NCBI GenBank assembly: GCA_040880105.1
Contig: JBBDJA010000026.1
Coordinates: forward strand, 1 to 14,970
Source: Waddliaceae bacterium
GTDB lineage: Bacteria; Chlamydiota; Chlamydiia; Chlamydiales; SLOH01
Direction: 5' to 3'
DNA: 14,970 bases
In this document: positions 9,226 to 14,970 of the stretch, one piece after another
Layout: every line of letters starts with the position of its first letter
How positions within the stretch are numbered: position 1 is the stretch's first letter
Made by a program: the position numbers and the translations under genes
The notes under the pieces: model-generated
Told to the model about the DNA's origin: nothing
What the model saw: the letters and a program-made list of their open reading frames with translations, nothing else
Database searches by the model: none

Positions 9226-9317
9226 TGAACCTTCTGAATCGTAAGTGGTTCTTTTGCTGGGATGTTTTTTCAAAAACAGCTAAGCGAGCCATTTAATTTG
9301 ATGTGAGATGTTTATTT

Positions 9318-10385
9318 ATGCGAATTCTTTTGTTTTTTACTATATTATCTACTGTTTTTCATTGTGCAGATGCCTCTTATAAAATCCGCGAAGGGCAACT
9401 GGTTCCCTTAAAGGACCTTCCCTACTTGCCGATCGAAGAGCATTATTCCTGCGGAATCGCGGCATTCAATGAGAGAAATTATGCGGTAGCCATCCCTCAT
9501 TTTCATCTCACGTCTGTTAATGACCTTCAAGGAACTAAGGGGCAGGACTCTGTCTATTACTTGGGATTGATCTATTACTCGATGGGTGAATTGGACATCG
9601 CAAATGATTACTTCTCCCAGTACCTACACCTGCCTAACAGTACGAGATTTTTTTACGACGCAGTCAATTATAAGTTCACAATTGCCGAAAAATTTAGGAA
9701 TGGAGCCAAGCGTCGGATGTATGCGGCGAAGCAACTTCCAAAATGGCTGTCCGGAAAAAACCACGCAATTGAAATCTATACTGAACTCTCTTGCATTGTT
9801 CCAACCAGCGAGATTGCGACATATTCACTCTACTATAAAGGATGCGTATTAAATGAATGCAGGCAGTATCGAGAGGCTATTGAATCGTTCCAATCGCTCA
9901 TTAGCCGGTTTCCACTGCATGATCTTGCACCTGAGAGCTACCTGATGATCAGTCAATGTTATCAAAACCAAGCGGTATCAGAGCCGCAAAATCCGGATAT
10001 CGTCGAATTAGCTAAGGTCAGCCTTAAACATTTCCGACAAGAGTTTCCTCAAGATCCCCGAATTGAGGGTGTCGCCCGGGATGTGGATACAATTTATGAA
10101 ACCTATGCAAATGGACTCTATCAGACTGCACAGTTTTATGAACGTACCGGAGAACCTTTTGCTGCCATTCTTTATTACCAGCGCGCGATCCTGCAGTATC
10201 CCGAAACAAAAGTGGCCGCTTTATGTTGCCAAAATCTCTCTAAGTTAAGCCCGCTTGCTTATCAAGATGTGATTACCAAACTGCAAAACGATAATCAGCA
10301 AATCACAATCGATGAAACTCATACCGAAATTCAATTCGGCGAAGATTGGGAAAAGGTCTTTAACTTAAAATCAACAAAGTCGTGA
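9318..10385 (+). CDS. bamD: TPR protein, outer-membrane assembly factor BamD/YfiO-like
   Basis: TPR-like helices (AIESFQSLISRFP, APESYLMISQCY, FRQEFP, AQFYER...AAILYYQRAILQYPET) match the BamD pattern. N-terminal signal peptide. ATG 9318 preferred. Confidence 0.75.
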   Translation: MRILLFFTILSTVFHCADASYKIREGQLVPLKDLPYLPIEEHYSCGIAAFNERNYAVAIPHFHLTSVNDLQGTKGQDSVYYLGLIYYSMGELDIANDYFSQYLHLPNSTRFFYDAVNYKFTIAEKFRNGAKRRMYAAKQLPKWLSGKNHAIEIYTELSCIVPTSEIATYSLYYKGCVLNECRQYREAIESFQSLISRFPLHDLAPESYLMISQCYQNQAVSEPQNPDIVELAKVSLKHFRQEFPQDPRIEGVARDVDTIYETYANGLYQTAQFYERTGEPFAAILYYQRAILQYPETKVAALCCQNLSKLSPLAYQDVITKLQNDNQQITIDETHTEIQFGEDWEKVFNLKSTKS

Positions 10386-10954
10386 ACCTGTTCTTAAGTC
10401 GACTGATCTCAACATCTTTTGCTCTTTTTGCCTTAATGTTGGGCGGTTGCGGGTACCATTTGGGAAGCGGTATGGTTCCGCTTCCATACCGAACAGTCAC
10501 AGTTCCAATCGTCGGAGAAGATGAAGATGGACGTTTTACCGATAGCTTGATTCGGCATCTTTCAAGCTCAGGCCGTTTTGAATACCGATATAATGAAGCA
10601 GATCTTATTCTATTTGTTTGCCTGCAAAATTTGCGTCATGAGCACATCGGATATCGATATGATCGCAATAAAGAGGGGAAACTCGTTAAATCTGTGATCC
10701 CAACAGAGACAAGATTGAAGTTAGCTGCAAAAGTCACGCTTGTTGAATCTTGCACCGGCTGTGTGATCCGAGGACCTGTTTTTATTGAAGCAAGTGTTGA
10801 CTATGATCACGATTGGTACACAAGCCGTGATCAAATTAACCAGTTCTCACTTGGTCAGGTGACCGACTATGATCTTGCCTCAGAGACAGCCCTTACTCCA
10901 CTTAGCGATCGCTTGAGCGAAAAAATTGTTGATTATTTAATGTATGCGTGGTGA
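10382..10954 (+). CDS. lptE: LPS-assembly lipoprotein LptE
   Basis: Lipobox LGG-C followed by GYHL (typical LptE start), ADLIL, and a C-terminal helix LSDRLSEKIVD. GTGA overlap with bamD. Confidence 0.8.
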   Translation: MNLFLSRLISTSFALFALMLGGCGYHLGSGMVPLPYRTVTVPIVGEDEDGRFTDSLIRHLSSSGRFEYRYNEADLILFVCLQNLRHEHIGYRYDRNKEGKLVKSVIPTETRLKLAAKVTLVESCTGCVIRGPVFIEASVDYDHDWYTSRDQINQFSLGQVTDYDLASETALTPLSDRLSEKIVDYLMYAW

Positions 10955-10956
10955 TT

Positions 10957-11385
10957 CTACAAGTCATCCTCAAAGTGATGCATTGTCGACTCGGTCTCTT
11001 TAATCTCTTTGAGATAATTTTCTAGGATTTTAAGAACAACCCAAGAGGAGCTGGACTGATCCGTGACCGCAAAGCCAAGCTCAAGTTTAGGGATATCGTT
11101 TTTGTTAAGCGCGATTAATGTGTAGGTGACAGGCTTTTCTTTCTTCCGGAGCTCAGGGACGATCCAGACCACGAAATCTTGATTAATCAGCGTAATTTTA
11201 TCGATAGACTCCACCACATGAAAATACTGGGCAATTGCAGGCGTTCTTTCGCTTTCCGGTGTCTTTAAAATTCCCATCTCATCGACTGCTGCATCATCAA
11301 TAACAGTAAGCCCATCCGGTAGCCAATAATTCAGGTTTTGCGTAAATGTTTGATAACTGTACTCAATCTTTCTAAGGTCGAACAT
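10957..11385 (-). CDS. Conserved hypothetical protein (about 142 aa), probably Chlamydiae-specific
   Basis: Strong RBS GGAGG (11399-11395) lies 9 nt before ATG 11385, so this start is preferred to TTG 11406. From memory, its position divergent from dac resembles C. trachomatis CT550 (unverified). Confidence 0.8.
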   Translation of the reverse strand: MFDLRKIEYSYQTFTQNLNYWLPDGLTVIDDAAVDEMGILKTPESERTPAIAQYFHVVESIDKITLINQDFVVWIVPELRKKEKPVTYTLIALNKNDIPKLELGFAVTDQSSSSWVVLKILENYLKEIKETESTMHHFEDDL

Positions 11386-11416
11386 ATATAAATTCCTCCG
11401 GTCCAATTCTTACTTA

Positions 11417-11433
11417 AGCAAGTTTGATGCCAA
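11417..11433 (-). promoter_or_regulatory. Sigma54 (RpoN) -24/-12 promoter
   Basis: Minus strand TTGGCATCAAACTTGCT gives GG-N10-GC and matches TGGCA-N6-TTGC(A/T). The predicted start site near 11406 is just upstream of the RBS. Confidence 0.7.
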
Positions 11434-11469
11434 ATTGAACTTAATGGTTAAAATCGGTAGACTAGGTGC

Positions 11470-12720
11470 ATGAACTGCTTGCTTCTCCTTGTTTTTTCCT
11501 GCCTCTTCACATCGCTAGACGCTCTTATCGATATGGATGTAAGCGCAAAAGCGGCAATATTGATTAATGCCGAGAGCGGCCAAGTCTTGTATGAAAAGAA
11601 TCCGGATCTATTACTTCCACCTGCAAGTACCACAAAAGTTGCGACAGCTGCATATATTTTGCATCTAAGAGGGGATAAGCTCGATAATTTAGTTGAGGCC
11701 AAGCAAGATGCCATCGGGTGGATATCCGAAGATAAGAAAATCAGCTCAGGCTATTCACTCCCTGCCTACTGGCTAGAGCCCGGCGCCTCGCACGTAAGCA
11801 TACAAAAGGGGGAGACACTCACTTTACGCGAATTGATGTATGCGATGATGATCGCATCTGCTGACGACGCATCCAATGTTTTAGCTCAGTACATTGGGGG
11901 GACAATCCCAACGTTCATGGAAGACTTAAATCGCTATTTAAGAGAGATTGGTTGTGAATCTACCACTTTCTACAATCCACACGGCCTTCACCACCCAAAG
12001 CACTTAACAACAGCAAGAGAGCTCGCGCTTTTGACGCAGACCGCGATGAAAAACCCTCAATTTTGCGAAATTGTTAAGATGGCCCGATATGACCTACCAA
12101 AGTCCTCTTACCGCAACGAAACGGCCTTTTTGCAAACGAATAGACTAATGCGAAAGGGGCGCAGCGAATACTATCCAAGAGCAATCGGCGTAAAGACCGG
12201 ATACACATCCAAAGCCGGCCACTGCCTTATCTCTGCCGCTCAGAAAGATGACCGTGTACTGATCGCTGTCATGCTTGGCTGTCCATCAAGAAAAGAGACA
12301 TTTGAGGAAACAAAAAGGCTATTTGAAACGGCCTTTAAGGAAAAGCCAAACACCTATCGCCTCTTTAAAAAGGGGGTTCTTCCTCTTCGCCTCATCCATC
12401 CGAGGATAAAAAAGGAAATTAAAGTACAACTGAAAAACGAGCTTAAAGTTGCATATTACAGAGACAGCAAACCAAGCGTTAAGTGTCAAGTTCAGTGGAA
12501 ATCTATTGAGCTTCCTCTTGAACCCGGGCAACATATCGGCGATTTGGTCGCAATCAATCAACTCAATGGAGCAGTACTTGCAGAGGAGCCAGTCTATTCA
12601 GTCGATCCGTCATTTAAATCCTTTAAAGAAAAGGTGCGCAGCATGCCACTTGGGGGTAAGTTTGTCTTTGGGATGGTGGTTCTATCGTTTACTTGGTTAA
12701 TTCTTCGAAGAGGGCAATAA
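11470..12720 (+). CDS. dacA: D-alanyl-D-alanine carboxypeptidase (peptidase S11, class C PBP) with C-terminal membrane anchor
   Basis: PASTTK (SxxK, S53), S130-A-D in place of SxN, FYNPHGL, TTARELA and VKTGYT (K242). Signal peptide and C-terminal hydrophobic helix. Confidence 0.93.
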   Translation: MNCLLLLVFSCLFTSLDALIDMDVSAKAAILINAESGQVLYEKNPDLLLPPASTTKVATAAYILHLRGDKLDNLVEAKQDAIGWISEDKKISSGYSLPAYWLEPGASHVSIQKGETLTLRELMYAMMIASADDASNVLAQYIGGTIPTFMEDLNRYLREIGCESTTFYNPHGLHHPKHLTTARELALLTQTAMKNPQFCEIVKMARYDLPKSSYRNETAFLQTNRLMRKGRSEYYPRAIGVKTGYTSKAGHCLISAAQKDDRVLIAVMLGCPSRKETFEETKRLFETAFKEKPNTYRLFKKGVLPLRLIHPRIKKEIKVQLKNELKVAYYRDSKPSVKCQVQWKSIELPLEPGQHIGDLVAINQLNGAVLAEEPVYSVDPSFKSFKEKVRSMPLGGKFVFGMVVLSFTWLILRRGQ

Positions 12721-13510
12721 ACTGCTCTAAAGAGAGCTCTTCGGGCCGTGCCGTACTTTTAATCTGAATAGCCTTAAAAATCTCTTCCGTATTGCTCTTT
12801 GGAAAAAGTGCCGGAAGTGTGCGACGCAGCATTTTCCGTCTTTGATTAAAGCAGTTCCGTACCATTTCAAAAAATGCCTTCTCGTCACTCACATGTGGCG
12901 GCGTTCGACTATCTAAAGCTATGATCGCTGAATCTACTTTTGGAGCCGGATAGAAGCAATTTTGTTTTACTGTGAATAGATAGCGCGGGTTGCTATAAAA
13001 TTGAGCCAAAAGCGCTAAGGGTCCGAAATTTTTATGACCCGGCGACTCGCAAATACGAAGCGCAACTTCTTTTTGAACCATAAGAATCAGTTGAGAAAAG
13101 AGATCGACTCTCGGGAGAAGTTTTTTCAGAATCGGAGTTGTTAGATTGTAGGGAAGGTTTGAAATCACCTTGCATTTTCGCGGGACTGCATCTAGAGAAA
13201 ATTGCAGAATGTCGTCTTCGTAAACCGTAAGGGTCTTAAAGTCATTTTGCAAAGCGCGAGCAAAGGCGCGATCTTTTTCAACAGCAATGACCTCAGCACC
13301 TATCTCGATCAGACCTTGTGTCAGTGCGCCCGGGCCGGGACCGATCTCTAAAACAAGATCCCCTTTTTTCACAGAGGCAGCCGCAAGAATTTTTTTAATG
13401 ACGTTGCCGTCAATCAGAAAATTTTGTGACAGGCTTTTTTTTGGGGTTTGTTTCAGCTCTTGCAAAAACTTTCGCAAGCGAGTGGGACAATAGCGCGGGT
13501 CGATATCCAT
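12689..13510 (-). CDS. rsmA: 16S rRNA m6,2A1518/1519 dimethyltransferase KsgA
   Basis: Motifs KKSLSQNFL, VLEIGPGPGALT, AVEKD, SNLPYN, MVQKEVA, PAPKVDS, FNQRRKML and RPEELS. Confidence 0.97.
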   Translation of the reverse strand: MDIDPRYCPTRLRKFLQELKQTPKKSLSQNFLIDGNVIKKILAAASVKKGDLVLEIGPGPGALTQGLIEIGAEVIAVEKDRAFARALQNDFKTLTVYEDDILQFSLDAVPRKCKVISNLPYNLTTPILKKLLPRVDLFSQLILMVQKEVALRICESPGHKNFGPLALLAQFYSNPRYLFTVKQNCFYPAPKVDSAIIALDSRTPPHVSDEKAFFEMVRNCFNQRRKMLRRTLPALFPKSNTEEIFKAIQIKSTARPEELSLEQFIALFEELTK

Positions 13511-13519
13511 TCCAGTTGA

Positions 13520-14578
13520 TTAATTCTTTAAAAAGAACGGCTGAAACTCACTTGGATAAAGCGAGTCGACATCTTCACTGATCTCGTGATGTGTACGCAA
13601 TTTTTGTAAGTACTCTTTAGTTTCTTTCTCAACTGCCTTCCCGATAAGTCTTTCCTTCAGCTTGATTTCAACCTCTTCGAAAGTAGGCGCGCCACCGGCG
13701 TTGTAATCGCTAATATAAAAGATACGGTAGACCTTTGATTGGCGTGTGCGACTTTCATGTTCGGTCGGTGGGCTAAACGTTCTTGGCTGTAGCGTAGTCA
13801 AAATAGGACGGTAGTTGTCAGACAACTCATTCTCGTTTTGCGTTAAAGCAGAAGAAAGAGAAATTGTCGAACTTCCAAATTGACCCTTACTACTCTCGAT
13901 CCACGAGTTAAGAGTCTCAAAGGAGACATTTGCAGTGACAAGTTCGTTATAAAGGTTTTTTGCCGATCGCTCTGCAAAATCGCCATTTTCATTATTTACT
14001 GTAATGACATGGTAAGTCCATTGAGCCGGGGAAATGTTCTTCTCGGCAAACTCTTGGTATTCATTCCAAAGCATAAGCGGTGTAATTTGACGTACAGCCC
14101 TTGCATTGACTCTAAAGCCGATGATTTTTTTAAGGATCATGTCGTCTTTAATCATTTTGATCGCATCCGCATAAGTAAGGCCTGCTTTTTCCAAGTTGTC
14201 GATGATATGAGGGCCAAACAATTTTTCAAGTTCTTTGCGTACCTCTCCGGTGCTTGCATTCACTTTCATCTGCTTTGCGTCTTCAAGTATCAATTCTTTT
14301 TCGATCAATTCCTTTAGAATGGGTTTCCAGTTTGCCATGTAAAATTGATACCGCGCGTCTTCAAATGAGCTGTACTGCGGAAAGCGTTGATAAAAATGCA
14401 TGTCCATTTTTTTCACCACATCCATTACAGTAATCGGCTTGCCGTTGACTTGGGCTAAGATGCGGTTATTGATCAAAATATGCGGTTTACTATCGCTCCA
14501 AGGATTCATTGCCGGTGCGTTTGCCGCCGCTAGTGACTGGAAAGAAAGGAGGGTTAGACAAAGGATTAGCTTCTTCAT
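13520..14578 (-). CDS. surA: SurA N-terminal domain periplasmic chaperone (SurA/PrsA-like)
   Basis: Signal peptide, NRILAQVNGKPITVMDV, LKELIEKELILEDAK, and C-terminal PTFEEV...YLQKLR. Lies directly upstream of rsmA, echoing the enterobacterial surA-pdxA-rsmA order. Confidence 0.7.
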   Translation of the reverse strand: MKKLILCLTLLSFQSLAAANAPAMNPWSDSKPHILINNRILAQVNGKPITVMDVVKKMDMHFYQRFPQYSSFEDARYQFYMANWKPILKELIEKELILEDAKQMKVNASTGEVRKELEKLFGPHIIDNLEKAGLTYADAIKMIKDDMILKKIIGFRVNARAVRQITPLMLWNEYQEFAEKNISPAQWTYHVITVNNENGDFAERSAKNLYNELVTANVSFETLNSWIESSKGQFGSSTISLSSALTQNENELSDNYRPILTTLQPRTFSPPTEHESRTRQSKVYRIFYISDYNAGGAPTFEEVEIKLKERLIGKAVEKETKEYLQKLRTHHEISEDVDSLYPSEFQPFFLKN

Positions 14579-14602
14579 TATACAACTTATCTAAAAGTAA
14601 GA

Positions 14603-14632
14603 AGTATACACAGAACGCTATGAAAATGTCCA
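14603..14632 (-). promoter_or_regulatory. Putative sigma70/sigma66 promoter for surA-rsmA
   Basis: Minus strand TGGACA (14632-14627), 18 nt, TATACT (14608-14603). Confidence 0.4.
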
Positions 14633-14723
14633 CGGAAAGCTTGAAGGAATCATTGAAACGTCTTTCGTTGTTAAGGGAAGTCCTGTGTAGAAAATAATGG
14701 ACGGGATTTACGCAGGAGATTAA

Positions 14724-14816
14724 GAAACCTCTGAATCACTTGGGTTCTATTCAACTTTGTATGAATTCCGTCGAAAAAGGCGCCAAATTTAACAACATGA
14801 GTTTTTTAGAGGTGTC
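14724..14816 (+). mobile_element. Internally deleted, diverged 93-bp copy of the MITE-like repeat, flanked by TTAA on both sides
   Basis: Imperfect terminal inverted repeats GAAACCTCTGAAT...TTTTAGAGGTGTC, with TTAA at 14720-14723 and 14817-14820. Left and right parts align with the left and right arms of the 14821 copy; the central hairpin is missing. Confidence 0.7.
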
Positions 14817-14820
14817 TTAA

Positions 14821-14970
14821 GGAGCCTCTGATTAACTCGGGTTAATTTAATTTTGCATGAATTTTTTCTAAAATTCGAAAAAATTAATCGAACTTAACTG
14901 TTTAACAGTTAAGCGAGTGCGATTTTATCGAATTTCAGAAAAAAGGCACTAAATTTAATAATCTGAATTA
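14821..14970 (+). mobile_element. Near-complete palindromic MITE-like repeat (predicted about 162 bp, cut by the window end)
   Basis: Starts TTAA|GGAGCCTCTGATTAACTC. Perfect central inverted repeat CTTAACTGTT-T-AACAGTTAAG (14893-14913). Arms are imperfectly complementary (TTTTTTCTAAAATTCGAAAAAAT vs ATTTTATCGAATTTCAGAAAAAA). The left arm matches 2-63 in inverted orientation. Confidence 0.8.

Noticed and set aside
13880..14697. Plus-strand ORFs 13880-14317, 14400-14594 and 14509-14697
   Set aside because: Antisense to the surA-like gene or its promoter, with non-ATG starts or no RBS and no motifs.
14893..14913. Hairpin as an intrinsic terminator or tRNA fragment
   Set aside because: AT-rich stem, no U-tract, no cloverleaf, and it is the symmetry centre of the larger repeat.
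1..14970. Composite transposon, prophage or genomic island bounded by terminal inverted repeats
   Set aside because: The cargo is core housekeeping genes with no transposase, integrase or phage genes. The repeats are separate short elements that run off both edges.

Overview
Chromosomal core segment, most likely from an environmental member of the Chlamydiota; this is inferred from the maf-HEAT-lptD, bamD-lptE-hypothetical/dac and surA-rsmA gene order and from Cys-rich envelope proteins. It carries about 15 CDSs, mostly for cell-envelope biogenesis: MreD-like protein, phosphoglycosyl transferase, IspA, Ugd, LptD, HEAT-repeat protein, Maf, BamD-like, LptE, D,D-carboxypeptidase, RsmA and a SurA-like chaperone. 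The main non-coding signal is a palindromic MITE-like repeat family of about 160 bp. One partial copy sits at the left edge (1-63). At the right edge are two tandem copies joined by a shared TTAA (14724-14816, internally deleted; 14821 to beyond 14970), in inverted orientation to the left copy. Other signals are a very good sigma54 -24/-12 promoter on a conserved hypothetical gene, an SxD variant of the SxN motif in the carboxypeptidase, a G8 tract abutting a possibly leaderless promoter of the sugar transferase, a 5x27-bp coding repeat, and an 18-bp exact match between one repeat copy and ugd. No transposase, CRISPR array, tRNA or rRNA was seen.
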